From Candidatus Altimarinota bacterium (lineage in GTDB: Bacteria > Patescibacteriota > Gracilibacteria > UBA4473): 64,000 nt of DNA. Position numbers and translations under genes: made by a program. The stretch is from the NCBI GenBank assembly GCA_018608565.1, contig JABAZT010000023.1, forward strand, positions 901 through 64,900, in the 5' to 3' direction. Under the pieces are notes generated by a model. The model saw only the letters and a list, made by a program, of their open reading frames with translations, was not told the origin of the DNA and searched no databases. Position 1 is the stretch's first letter; every line of letters begins with the position of its first letter. This document shows, one piece after another, positions 53,395 to 63,392 of the stretch.

Positions 53395-56300
53395 TAAACT
53401 CGGTCTTCTTTGGACGTTTCTTCTTGAGCGAGGAAGAGTTGCCTTACTTTTAGCTATACTTGCTATGGCTTGGGGATTCTCAGCGTATAAGTCTATGCCA
53501 CGAGAGAGTAGTCCAGAGGTAGAAATTCCAGTAGGAATTATCAGTACCGTTTGGCCAGGGGCTTCGAGTGTCGACGTAGAAAAGCTTGTGACTGAAAAAA
53601 TAGAAAGAGAAGTCAAAACACTTGAAAATGTAGAAAGATATACTTCGACATCACGAGCAGGGCTCTCAATTGTTTCTGTGGAGTTTGAGGTTGGAACCAA
53701 TATGGATCAGAATATGCAAAAGCTCAGGGAGGCCCTGGATGATGCAGAACGAAGTCTGCCTGACACACTTCCTGATGATCCAGATCTAACAGAAGCAAGT
53801 GCCAGTGCGATTCCAATACTGACCCTTAACATATCAGGAGATTTTTCACTATCAGAGCTCAAGCGATTTGCGGAAACATTTCAAGATGAGTTCGAAGGGA
53901 TTCAAGGAGTAAAAGAAGTCTTAATTTCAGGGCTCCCAGAAGAAGAAATTCATCTATATATAGATCCTATAAGTCTTCAGAAGTACGGACTCTCAGTCGA
54001 ACAAGTAGCTCAAAAAATAAATCAGTCTCATCAAGATTTACCACTGGGGCAAATATTCCTAGATGGAGAAAAGCTTGATCTCAGAGTAGAAGGAGAGTTG
54101 GAATCAATATCCGATTTCTTTGAACTCCCAATAATGAAAAAGGGGGCCCAAATAGTGACTCTTGGGGAGATCGTCGAGATTCGTCGAGAATTTGATACCT
54201 TGAACGTCGAGACATATTCTTCTACAGGCGGGAAACTGCAGACATCATTGAGTCTGGATTTAATAAAAAGTGAAGCGAAGACCAATGTCGCAAAAGCAGT
54301 AACTGCTGCACTAAAAACAATTGAAGATTATCGAGAAAAACAGCTTATTCCTGATTCTCTTGATGTGAATATTGTTTACAACAGTGCCGACGATATACAG
54401 AAAGATCTAAATAATCTGATTGTCACTGGAACACAGACACTTGTTTTGATTACGATCATTCTCTTTTTTGCACTTGGATGGAGGGAGTCTTTACTGGCTT
54501 TTATTTCAATCCCGCTCTCTATGTTTATTGCTATAGGGATGCTTCAGCTGTTAGGAGAAACCTTTAATTTCTTGTCATTATTTTCATTGATTCTCGCGGT
54601 AGGGTTGCTCGTCGACAACGCCATTATTGTGGTGGAGGGGATTTCAGAAAATATTTTCTATGGAAAGAAAAAACCAATTGACGCTGCAAAAAGTGCACTA
54701 GAGACATTTAGATGGCCAATTATAACAGGGACTTGTACAACAATCTTTGCATTTCTTCCTATGATGTTCCTTATTTCAGGAGTATCGGGACAGTATGTCA
54801 GTGTGATTCCGAAAACCGTTATGGTGGTACTGATTTCATCATTAGTAGTATCTCTTTTCTTAGTTCCCGTATTTGGAGTCGCATTTTTCACATTTTTTCC
54901 ACCAAAACCACATACAGAAGGAACGCTCCTGACCAAGGTAAAAGAATGGTACGAACCTTTTATGAGGGGAATTCTATATTCGTCTAAAAAATTATTTATC
55001 ACATTGGGGTTGTCATTTCTAACCCTTGTTTTTGCCATTGGTCTAATGGTAACAGGACAAATACCGGTTGAAATATTTCCAGGAGGAGATGAAAACTTTT
55101 TTACCGCCAAAATAGAGCTTCCAAAAGGAACAAAATTAAGAGAAACAAGGGAATTACTTCCAGAAATAGAACAAGGCCTACTTCCCTTATTTGAGGAAGA
55201 CTCAAAAGGAAAAGGAAATTTTAAAAATATGGTGGTAACGGTTGGACAAGTTTCAAGTTATGATCCAGAAGCACTTCAGGGGAGTGGGATAAGCCCAGAA
55301 GAAGAGGTTATAGGAATTACATTTAATCTTAAACCCAAAAAAGATAGAATCATTTCGTCAGAAGCAGCAGCGGACTTGGTAGAAAAAACCCTAAGACCAT
55401 TGATTCCTTCATATGCAGACCTGAGTATGGGGAAACTAGAGGGCGGGCCTCCATCTGGTTCATCTGCAATTGAGATTCGACTTGTGAGTGATGATTTGGA
55501 GCACTTAGAATTGGTGACGGATGATTTACGTGCCAAACTTGAATCTATGAGTCTCAAGAGTGGTGGAAAACTCATCGACATAACAGATAATAGGGGGGAG
55601 GTTTTGCCACAGATTACTTGGAAGATTGATCGATTGAAGCTTGAGAATGTAGGACTCACTATAAGTCAGATGAGTCAGACCTTACGTTCTGCAATTGAAG
55701 GAGTGAGGGTACTTCAAATTTCAGACGGAGAAGATGAAATTGATGTGGTATTAAGACTTAATTTTTCAGAAGAACTTAAGTGGAAAGGTCCAGAATCACT
55801 TGAAATTCTTTCTCAGATCCCAATCAAGACTCAATCGGGGAAATTTATTCAGCTAAGCGATGTAGCCGAGTTTCAGATTGGGCCACAGCGTTCTATCGTA
55901 CGACATAGAGATGGAAAAAGAACCGTGACTGTTGGTGCTAATATAGAAGGGAAAAAGGTCACAGCCTCTCAATTTCAGGCTAAATTAGAAGAAGCGATAG
56001 CCTCTCTCGATAAATGGCCGGGGGATAGTTTTCAGATCGGGGGAGATAATGAGGAAGGAAGCCGTCTTATTACCGAGATGATTAGTGCAATGATATTTGC
56101 CGCATTTTTGATTGGGATGGTTCTGGTATTACAGTTCAATTCATTCTCTCAGCCAATTATTATCCTTTCTGCAATTCCATTATCATTGACGGCGGTTTTG
56201 ATTGGTTTTTGGATTTCACAGACGCCGATATCATTCCCAACATTGATTGGGATTGTGGCACTTGCCGGAATTATTGTAAATGATGATATTGTTCTTATTG

Positions 56301-56596
56301 ACCGGATAAATCATCATCGTCGTCGAACAGAAAACTATGAAGATGCACTTATCGAAGGATGTAAGGCGCGAATGCAGCCAATATTTCTTACATCCATAAC
56401 AACCGTAGTTGGGCTGCTTCCGTTGGCACTTTCAGATCCCGTTTGGCGAGGTCTTGGGTTTGCAGTGATTTATGGGATGAGTCTTTCCACGGTACTCACA
56501 TTATTAGTAACACCGTGTATTCTATTAGTGATGAGATATTTTCAGCGATGGATAGGGAAAAAGATCAGAATTCTTTTTAGAAAAACAGAGAATTGA
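53381..56596 (+). CDS. RND superfamily efflux permease (AcrB/AcrD/AcrF family)
   Basis: 1071 aa with the 12-TM, two-large-loop architecture. 'LSLFSLILAVGLLVDNAIIVVEGI' (TM4 region with the conserved D) and its duplicate 'GIVALAGIIVNDDIVLID'. Confidence 0.9.
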   Translation: MKQDNKLGLLWTFLLERGRVALLLAILAMAWGFSAYKSMPRESSPEVEIPVGIISTVWPGASSVDVEKLVTEKIEREVKTLENVERYTSTSRAGLSIVSVEFEVGTNMDQNMQKLREALDDAERSLPDTLPDDPDLTEASASAIPILTLNISGDFSLSELKRFAETFQDEFEGIQGVKEVLISGLPEEEIHLYIDPISLQKYGLSVEQVAQKINQSHQDLPLGQIFLDGEKLDLRVEGELESISDFFELPIMKKGAQIVTLGEIVEIRREFDTLNVETYSSTGGKLQTSLSLDLIKSEAKTNVAKAVTAALKTIEDYREKQLIPDSLDVNIVYNSADDIQKDLNNLIVTGTQTLVLITIILFFALGWRESLLAFISIPLSMFIAIGMLQLLGETFNFLSLFSLILAVGLLVDNAIIVVEGISENIFYGKKKPIDAAKSALETFRWPIITGTCTTIFAFLPMMFLISGVSGQYVSVIPKTVMVVLISSLVVSLFLVPVFGVAFFTFFPPKPHTEGTLLTKVKEWYEPFMRGILYSSKKLFITLGLSFLTLVFAIGLMVTGQIPVEIFPGGDENFFTAKIELPKGTKLRETRELLPEIEQGLLPLFEEDSKGKGNFKNMVVTVGQVSSYDPEALQGSGISPEEEVIGITFNLKPKKDRIISSEAAADLVEKTLRPLIPSYADLSMGKLEGGPPSGSSAIEIRLVSDDLEHLELVTDDLRAKLESMSLKSGGKLIDITDNRGEVLPQITWKIDRLKLENVGLTISQMSQTLRSAIEGVRVLQISDGEDEIDVVLRLNFSEELKWKGPESLEILSQIPIKTQSGKFIQLSDVAEFQIGPQRSIVRHRDGKRTVTVGANIEGKKVTASQFQAKLEEAIASLDKWPGDSFQIGGDNEEGSRLITEMISAMIFAAFLIGMVLVLQFNSFSQPIIILSAIPLSLTAVLIGFWISQTPISFPTLIGIVALAGIIVNDDIVLIDRINHHRRRTENYEDALIEGCKARMQPIFLTSITTVVGLLPLALSDPVWRGLGFAVIYGMSLSTVLTLLVTPCILLVMRYFQRWIGKKIRILFRKTEN

Positions 56597-56658
56597 TCAA
56601 AAAAAGAAAAAAAGTATGATCTATAAGCGTATCAACCTAAGTACATAACACGATCTTT

Positions 56659-57108
56659 ATGAAAAAAAATATTTTAGTCTTCACTATCCTAACCCTTGCA
56701 TTAGGTTCTAGTACAGCATCTGCTCGGTGGGGGAGCTCAGGAGATAAACACCCAAATCGTGAACAACAAAAAGAGCAGCGACAGGAGCGGACACGATCTC
56801 AGGTCGGAGAATTACCAGAAAACTGGTCTGTGATGACAAGAGAAGAACGAAAGAATCATCTAAAAGAAAAAGGATTAGATATAAAAAAGAGGTACGTCCC
56901 TTCAGCTTCAAGATCAATAGATAATACTAAAAAGAAAAATATAGAAAGTACTTCTATAAAAATAGAAATGAGAATAGTTGAAAAGGAAGAAACGACTCCA
57001 TTAAAAGACAGTCCAGAAATTGAACAAATTAAAACAAAAAAAATAGAAAAACGTAGTAATGCTTTTCAAAGATTTATGGAACGTCTTATGAAGAAAAATC
57101 ACTCATAG
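56659..57108 (+). CDS. Small secreted Lys/Glu-rich protein (hypothetical)
   Basis: Signal peptide 'MKKNILVFTILTLALGSSTASA'. The remainder is highly charged low-complexity sequence. Confidence 0.55.
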   Translation: MKKNILVFTILTLALGSSTASARWGSSGDKHPNREQQKEQRQERTRSQVGELPENWSVMTREERKNHLKEKGLDIKKRYVPSASRSIDNTKKKNIESTSIKIEMRIVEKEETTPLKDSPEIEQIKTKKIEKRSNAFQRFMERLMKKNHS

Positions 57109-57132
57109 TAAATTTTTGTCATTAAATAAAAA

Positions 57133-57159
57133 AGGAACTTCGAATGAAGTTCCTTTTTT
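57133..57159. terminator. Bidirectional rho-independent terminator between convergent genes
   Basis: AGGAACTTC-GAAT-GAAGTTCCT hairpin flanked by an A-run upstream and a T-run downstream. Confidence 0.85.
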
Positions 57160-57179
57160 ACTAATATAAATTGTTTATT

Positions 57180-58178
57180 CTAAACTTTTATAGCAAGTTC
57201 AACCAGCCGACAAGAGTAACCCCATTCATTGTCATACCAACTCATGATCTTAACCATGTCATCCATAACGTAGGTTAGATCTGCATCAAAGATAGAACTT
57301 CTTGGATCTTGTTCAAAATCTTTAGAGACAAGAGGTAGATCAGAGTATCCCAATATATGAGGCATTTTTTCAGAAGCAGATTTAATAGCTGCGTTTACAG
57401 ATTCAACCGTAACAGATTTTTTTACTTTAATAGTAAGATCTACGATAGACACGGTTGGAGTTGGCACTCGTACTGCCATCCCATTTAGTTTTCCTTTTAG
57501 TTGTGGTAATACCAATCCAACAGCTTTAGCTGCTCCAGTGCTCGTAGGAACAAGATTAATAGCGGCAGCACGTCCTCGACGAAGATCTTTGCCTCCTAGA
57601 TCTAGTACGGGTTGGCTTGTCGTATAAGAATGAATGGTTGTCATAAGTCCTGATTCAATCCCAAATTCATCATCAAGAACCTTGGCCAAAGGGGCCAGGC
57701 AGTTTGTAGTACAAGAGGCGTTAGAGATGAGTGTTTCATTTCCAGTAATTTGATCATCATTCGCACCTATTACAAATGTAGCGAAAGCATCATCTTTTCC
57801 TGGAGCAGAAATGATTACTTTTTTAGCTCCCTGAGTAATATGCTGGGTAGCCCCTTCTTTTGTCCGAAAAACCCCGGTACACTCTAGTACGATATCAACT
57901 CCTAGATCTCCCCAAGGGAGTTCTGGAATATTTCGAGTAGTACATTTTGTAACTTTCTGTCCATCTATAACGAGCGTATCTTCTCCTTCGGTACTTACCT
58001 CTCCAGCATATCGTCCAAAATTTGAATCATACTTGAAAAGTAGGGCACTATGTTTGATCGGAGATGGATCATTGACGGCCACAAGTTCGAGAGTGTCTTG
58101 GTGATCCTGAAGAATGATACGAGCTGCAGCTCGACCAATTCGTCCAAATCCGTTGATAGCAATACGTTTCTTTGCCAT
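57180..58178 (-). CDS. gap: Type I glyceraldehyde-3-phosphate dehydrogenase
   Basis: 'IAINGFGRIGR', active site 'SNASCTTNCLAP', and 'WYDNEWGYS'. Confidence 0.95.
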   Translation of the reverse strand: MAKKRIAINGFGRIGRAAARIILQDHQDTLELVAVNDPSPIKHSALLFKYDSNFGRYAGEVSTEGEDTLVIDGQKVTKCTTRNIPELPWGDLGVDIVLECTGVFRTKEGATQHITQGAKKVIISAPGKDDAFATFVIGANDDQITGNETLISNASCTTNCLAPLAKVLDDEFGIESGLMTTIHSYTTSQPVLDLGGKDLRRGRAAAINLVPTSTGAAKAVGLVLPQLKGKLNGMAVRVPTPTVSIVDLTIKVKKSVTVESVNAAIKSASEKMPHILGYSDLPLVSKDFEQDPRSSIFDADLTYVMDDMVKIMSWYDNEWGYSCRLVELAIKV

Positions 58179-58291
58179 GAAATAGAGGTGTTAAGATTTT
58201 CGGAAGGATTGTAGATAAATTTTTCACAAGAAAAAGTAAAACACGAGAAAAAATAAAAAGCGCTAGTATAAAGAGAATAAGGGAGGAGATT

Positions 58292-60382
58292 CTATCGTTG
58301 TGTCTCTCTGAATTTAAGTGTCTCTCCAATGTAATAGAGGAGGAATAGTTGTAGAATTCCTTCAAGGTTATCTCTGAAATCTCCCATTTTTTCAGAGATT
58401 TCATGATAATTTGGCATAAGCGTATGAAGCAATTTAGTAAGACTTTCTCCGTTTACGTTTCCAGATACTACACATTTTTGCTTGGTTAGATCCTCATTCA
58501 TATCATGCTCAAGTTCAAGAGAAGCGATTTCTTCTAGTGCAGAGAGAAATGGTTCTACATTAACAGAATTATCAAATTCTAACCCAAGTTTTAGTTCAAA
58601 TTTTTCTGTATCAGATCCAAGATTTTTGATTTTTGTTCCAGGATGAAAATTAATAACTACATCTGCAAATTTTTTCTGAGGACGTATATATTTATCAGCA
58701 TCTTTTTCTCTCTGATCCATTTGTTCCAAAACTTGGTCACGAGTATATCCTCGTTTCTTCATGTCTCGTGATATTTTCCAATGTTTTCTCAGTTCTTCCT
58801 CTGGTTCGATAAAAATTTTCATATCCATAACCTGACGCATTCGTCCTAAGTAAAAAGGGTGTAGACCATTAAACAGAACAAATTTCTTGGTATCCATTGG
58901 AAGTGGTTTCGTAAACTTCCCAGTCTTGTGATCATATTCTACTCGATTAATTTCTTTACGATTTTTGAGTTGAATAGCGTGCTCTAGGTCAGTGTGAAGA
59001 TGATTTGATTTTGGATTTAAGTGTGTGAAGTCTTTCCAGTTTTTATCTCCACGTTCCCATCTATGAGCGCCATCTCCATTAACACACAGAGCATGACCTT
59101 CATGGAAATGTTCCAATAGACTTTCTACGACGGTTGATTTTCCACATCCAGAATCACCCCCAATTCCTACGAGAAACGGTTTGTCATCAAATCGATACTC
59201 AGAATTAGACGCAATTCCCATTCGGTAGGCCCAAACAATTGTAGCGAGCATAGAGGTGATCAATACCGTGAAACTTATATTCTGAACCAATTGACTATAT
59301 TCGATGCCAATGATTGAGGGATTGAGAACGATGTCTGAAATCTGTGGAGCAATGATCGAAAAGCTCGTAAAAAAATCAGATTCTTGTTTTAGGATGAAAA
59401 AGGCAAAATAAGCCAAATTCATAAGGGTAAAGCAAAAAGTAGGAGCTTCTTTGTATTTGGCATAAAAATATACCATGAAAGGGATAGACCAATAGAACCA
59501 TCCAGCCATAGGAGGCGCAAGGATGACTACAAATGAGAAGATTATTCCTAGATAGAGGAGAAAGAAATCTCGGGAGATCTGTCTTTGTGAGTAGAAGGTA
59601 AGAAATGCAAAAAGGCATATTCCAGGAAGTACCAAATAAGCAATATTTTGTAGGTTATAGGGGAGCGCTAAATTAAAGAATTTCATAGCCTCTCCAGTCT
59701 CTAGCACCATAACCTGAAATCCTTCAGAGAAAAGATAAGGACTCATGGCTATAAATCCAGAGGCGAGAAAACTACCAAGGTAGAGAAAGAGTACTCGGAT
59801 CGGGACTTTTTTGATAAACGCATATCCCAAAAAGAAGGGGAGCGCGAGAATTAAATGTGTCTTAGCCGCAATTCCAAGTCCTAATATAATAAAGGAAAGA
59901 AGATATTTTTGTTTAAAAATACAAAACAACGACGCAAATAAAATGGCGGTAGGAATAGCATCTAACTGTCCATAAATATAAGAAATATAAAAAAGAATAG
60001 GCGAACACCAGTAAAGATATAGAACTCTCTTGTTTTGCCCGTGAACAAAGTTGAGAAGTCCGATAAGAATAAACAAGTCAGCTAAAAGTAATGGAAGCTT
60101 GAGTATAAACGAATGAAGTAATTGATTATCAAATCCAGCAAAAGGTTTTATAAAAGCAGCTAAAATCCAAAGCATTGTAGTCCCGTATGGGAAAGCCGCC
60201 GGAGTGTTTTCAAAAAATTGGGTATATGGATTACCTCCATGTTGTGCGAAATGTTGTAGGAATGGTAAAAATCCATCGGTAAAATAACCTCCAGCAAAAA
60301 CAGCTCCTGCAATTATTTTGAGCACCAGAACAATCCAAAAGATTGGATGACGGAGGATGAATTGGAGCGTTTCTGGTTTCAT
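58292..60382 (-). CDS. Fusion protein: N-terminal polytopic membrane domain (GT-C/DUF2029-like by appearance) plus a C-terminal phosphoribulokinase/uridine kinase family P-loop kinase
   Basis: aa 1-~395 contain about 10-12 hydrophobic segments. From aa ~400 (nt <=59185): 'FLVGIGGDSGCGKSTVVESL', 'NGLHPFY', 'KIFIEPEEELRKHWKISRDMKKRGYT' and 'YIRPQKKFADVVINF' follow the PRK/UDK (PF00485-type) motif order. Confidence 0.7.
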   Translation of the reverse strand: MKPETLQFILRHPIFWIVLVLKIIAGAVFAGGYFTDGFLPFLQHFAQHGGNPYTQFFENTPAAFPYGTTMLWILAAFIKPFAGFDNQLLHSFILKLPLLLADLFILIGLLNFVHGQNKRVLYLYWCSPILFYISYIYGQLDAIPTAILFASLFCIFKQKYLLSFIILGLGIAAKTHLILALPFFLGYAFIKKVPIRVLFLYLGSFLASGFIAMSPYLFSEGFQVMVLETGEAMKFFNLALPYNLQNIAYLVLPGICLFAFLTFYSQRQISRDFFLLYLGIIFSFVVILAPPMAGWFYWSIPFMVYFYAKYKEAPTFCFTLMNLAYFAFFILKQESDFFTSFSIIAPQISDIVLNPSIIGIEYSQLVQNISFTVLITSMLATIVWAYRMGIASNSEYRFDDKPFLVGIGGDSGCGKSTVVESLLEHFHEGHALCVNGDGAHRWERGDKNWKDFTHLNPKSNHLHTDLEHAIQLKNRKEINRVEYDHKTGKFTKPLPMDTKKFVLFNGLHPFYLGRMRQVMDMKIFIEPEEELRKHWKISRDMKKRGYTRDQVLEQMDQREKDADKYIRPQKKFADVVINFHPGTKIKNLGSDTEKFELKLGLEFDNSVNVEPFLSALEEIASLELEHDMNEDLTKQKCVVSGNVNGESLTKLLHTLMPNYHEISEKMGDFRDNLEGILQLFLLYYIGETLKFRETQR

Positions 60383-60484
60383 TGATCATTAGGCAAAAAA
60401 TCTGATCATTATATCACATTCTTCTCCAAAAATAAAGTCATAAACCGATTTTATTTCTAGAAAGAGATAAAAAAGTTACAATAG

Positions 60485-60889
60485 ATGCTGATCATGAATA
60501 TTTTAAAAACATTTTTATCTCAAAAATTCTTGAGATTTTTAGTCACAGGAGGTCTAAGTACCATCATTAATTACGCTTGTTTTTGGGGGTTATATACACT
60601 TGAGGTTTGTAGTTATATCTGGGCTTCTATTTTTGGGTATACAGTGGGACTTATTTTTGGATATTTTCTCAACAAGTTTTGGACTTTTGAGGCAAAGAGC
60701 CGACATGATCTACAAGAAATTATTAAATATATCACCGTGTATATTATCTCCCTTATAATATCTACAGGAGTACTCTATCTCTTGGTTGAGTATCTAGGTG
60801 TAGATCCAAAAATAGGACAAGTAGGGGCAATTATGGTTTCAACGATCCTAAACTTTATAGGACTAAAAATATTTGTATTTAAAGATTAA
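60485..60889 (+). CDS. GtrA family membrane protein
   Basis: 'LRFLVTGGLSTIINYACFWGL', four TM segments, and the C-terminal 'NFIGLKIFVFK', typical of GtrA-like proteins. The start could be ATG 60485 or 60494. Confidence 0.75.
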   Translation: MLIMNILKTFLSQKFLRFLVTGGLSTIINYACFWGLYTLEVCSYIWASIFGYTVGLIFGYFLNKFWTFEAKSRHDLQEIIKYITVYIISLIISTGVLYLLVEYLGVDPKIGQVGAIMVSTILNFIGLKIFVFKD

Positions 60890-61867
60890 ATGGACCAATT
60901 ATTAGATTTTATCGGTTACAGTCATCAGGTAGGAACACCCCGTCATGTGCAGGGGGGAGGAGGAAATACTTCTTTCAAATTAGACGATGAGTGGATGCTC
61001 ATAAAAGCTTCAGGAACATTCTTGTCAGAAATGATACCCGCGTGTCCTGGAGTAAAAGTAAAGTACCAAAGACTTGTCGACACACTTGAGGGAAATCAGT
61101 TTCCAATCGTATCACAGGAGCACGAAGATTCACTCAATGCCTTTACCGATAAGAATACTGATAAAGATTTTATCGATAAAAAAGCCTCTATCGAGACCTC
61201 TGTACACGCGATTATCCCTTATAAATACGTGGTACATACACACTTAGTGGATATTAATATCTTCACTACCGCCAAGGAGGGGCAATCAGTGTTGAGTTCT
61301 ATATGGCCAGAAGATATGGGCTGCGGTTGGATACCATATGTGTCACCAGGACTTGGGCTTACACTTGAAATTCTCAAGCAATACCCAAAAAGATCAGACA
61401 TTCCTCAAATATTACTGTTTGAAAATCACGGGATAGTATTTGCCGCAGATAGCCTCTCAGAGGTAGGCGATCTATATCAAGAAGTTACTCGGATGTGTGA
61501 TCAATTTCGATTAGATAATGATCTAGAGGCATTTAAGTGCAATGATCTAGAGGCTGGGAGTGGTTTTTTATTTCCAGGAAATTACCTGAGCCCTATCATC
61601 CTTGGACAAAAATTAACACAACATTGTTTTCCTGATTCCGTCGTATTTGGTCAAGATCTGGGAATCGATATGAGTGAGAATGAATTACAATTTAAAAAAG
61701 AGAATCACAGAAAAAATAAATCGGTATGGGAGAATCTTTGTTCGGTAAATTATTTGAATTATGCACACCATAAACTTGGTTGGACCCCAAAATATCTGAC
61801 AGAATCTGACCAACGTTATATCCTAGATATGGGACGAGAAAAACATCGTATAAAACTCAACCAATAA
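60890..61867 (+). CDS. Class II aldolase/adducin-domain family protein (long form)
   Basis: 'HVQGGGGNTSFKLDDEWMLIKASGT' and 'HAIIPYKYVVHTH' match the N-terminal module seen in rhamnulose-1-phosphate-aldolase-like proteins. The start abuts the gtrA stop. Confidence 0.65.
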   Translation: MDQLLDFIGYSHQVGTPRHVQGGGGNTSFKLDDEWMLIKASGTFLSEMIPACPGVKVKYQRLVDTLEGNQFPIVSQEHEDSLNAFTDKNTDKDFIDKKASIETSVHAIIPYKYVVHTHLVDINIFTTAKEGQSVLSSIWPEDMGCGWIPYVSPGLGLTLEILKQYPKRSDIPQILLFENHGIVFAADSLSEVGDLYQEVTRMCDQFRLDNDLEAFKCNDLEAGSGFLFPGNYLSPIILGQKLTQHCFPDSVVFGQDLGIDMSENELQFKKENHRKNKSVWENLCSVNYLNYAHHKLGWTPKYLTESDQRYILDMGREKHRIKLNQ

Positions 61868-61869
61868 AT

Positions 61870-62637
61870 ATGAAAATACTAATACCAATGAACGGCATGG
61901 GGAATCGATTTATTGCTGAAGGCTATACCGATCCTAAGTGGAAAATAAAAGTTTCGGGGAAAATGATTATTGAGCACGTGTGTGATTTTTTCCCAGGAGA
62001 AACTGATTTTACATTCCTTATAAATGAAGATCACGAAAAACATCATCAAGCTCGTGAAATTCTATCTCAGGTACGACCAGGATGTAAAATTATTACCGTT
62101 CCCTATCGACAGAAAGGACCAGTCCCCGCCATGCTAGAGGCAGAGGGAATTGAATCATATATTGAGGAGGATGAAGCCTATATGGTGAGTTATTGTGATT
62201 ATGGTGGGATTTGGGATTGGGCCAGGTTTAAGCAAAAAATGGCAGAAGGAAATTATGATGGAGGGATTCCTTGTTATACAGGATTTCATCCGCCGTTATT
62301 ACGTCCAGGTGTATATGGAGGCTGCAAGGTCGATGCAAATAATGACTTAATTGAAATTAGAGAAAAATATTCTTTTACCGAGGATAAGACTCAGTCACAT
62401 CACGCAGCAGGAATGTATTACTTCCGCACAGGAAAGATTATGAAGGAGTATTGCCAGCGATGTGTTGCGGAGGTTGAGCCAATTAGTAACGGAGAGTGGT
62501 ATGTTTCGATGCCGTATTATCTCATGCAAGAGGATGGACTAAAAACACATGTTTTTGAAATGGAAAAGTTCTTTCAGTGGGGAACTCCTGCGGATCTTCA
62601 AGAGTATGAATATTGGGCGGGTACATTTCAGGCCTGA
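61870..62637 (+). CDS. Sugar-phosphate nucleotidyltransferase-like protein (GT-A/NTP_transferase fold)
   Basis: 'MKILIPMNGMGNRFIAEGYTDPKWKIKVSGKMIIEHV' fits the (L)xPxAGxGxRF...PK..i.v.gk.mi signature. Confidence 0.6.
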   Translation: MKILIPMNGMGNRFIAEGYTDPKWKIKVSGKMIIEHVCDFFPGETDFTFLINEDHEKHHQAREILSQVRPGCKIITVPYRQKGPVPAMLEAEGIESYIEEDEAYMVSYCDYGGIWDWARFKQKMAEGNYDGGIPCYTGFHPPLLRPGVYGGCKVDANNDLIEIREKYSFTEDKTQSHHAAGMYYFRTGKIMKEYCQRCVAEVEPISNGEWYVSMPYYLMQEDGLKTHVFEMEKFFQWGTPADLQEYEYWAGTFQA

Positions 62638-62653
62638 GTCGATGAAAACCTAT

Positions 62654-63352
62654 TTATGAAGCTAGTTTAAATTCTACTTCGTCTTTAAATCGAAATCCAT
62701 TCCTATCCATTTGAAATGTTCCAACCAGTATACCTGCTGCCTGAACTTGTGTTTGAATACGCTGTGTGCAAATTATTTGTGGTAGTTTTATTGGAGGAGT
62801 TCTTGATTCAAGAAATCGTGCAGCTGTAACATGTGTGATTTTAGGAAAAGCCAGTTCTTCATCTACAGCATTGGCAATATCTTGGGATAGTTTCCAAAAC
62901 TTTCCATCAGAAGAAACCCCAGGTGCCACTACCGTACTAGCATTCCAGAGAGGATCTGAAAATTTAACAGTTGGGATTAGTTGGGTTTTTGAGTTTGTTC
63001 CAATTACTTCAGCAACAGAATTTTGTAGTGTTTCGAGATAGTGGTCGTCCGGAATAAATCCATCTACGGTATCCTTTCTTATCACAAAGCAGGTAGTGTG
63101 AACATTATCCTCCGTTCGTCCATAAGGAAGAATCGTAACCTGAGTTGATACAGCCTCTGAAATATTTTGCACAGCCTTCACAAAATCATGATCATATCTC
63201 AATGCAATGATATATCCGGATTCTCCTTCTCCTGCTGGAAATTTATCACTCGAAATAAGTGATACAGATGGAGCTATAGTATCAGCTCCAGGAAACCATT
63301 GAGCATAGTTTTCTTCTTGTTCTTGGTTTAGTTTTTCAGTATCGAGAATCAT
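62654..63352 (-). CDS. 2H phosphoesterase superfamily protein (LigT-like)
   Basis: Two H-x-T-x motifs at the appropriate spacing: 'NVHTTCFVI' and 'ITHVTAARF'. Confidence 0.55.
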   Translation of the reverse strand: MILDTEKLNQEQEENYAQWFPGADTIAPSVSLISSDKFPAGEGESGYIIALRYDHDFVKAVQNISEAVSTQVTILPYGRTEDNVHTTCFVIRKDTVDGFIPDDHYLETLQNSVAEVIGTNSKTQLIPTVKFSDPLWNASTVVAPGVSSDGKFWKLSQDIANAVDEELAFPKITHVTAARFLESRTPPIKLPQIICTQRIQTQVQAAGILVGTFQMDRNGFRFKDEVEFKLAS

Positions 63353-63392
63353 TTTCTAGTAGATAATACTTAATATCAATCCTGTCAATGTG

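Noticed and set aside
54658-55659. Minus-strand ORFs of 150 and 127 aa inside the RND pump gene, and a similar one at 53371-53700
   Set aside because: They are antisense to a 1071-aa gene with unmistakable AcrB-family architecture. No motifs or signals support them.
58069-58404. 111-aa minus-strand ORF spanning the gap 5' end and the 3' end of the kinase-fusion gene
   Set aside because: It overlaps two well-supported genes in different frames and has no motifs. It is spurious.
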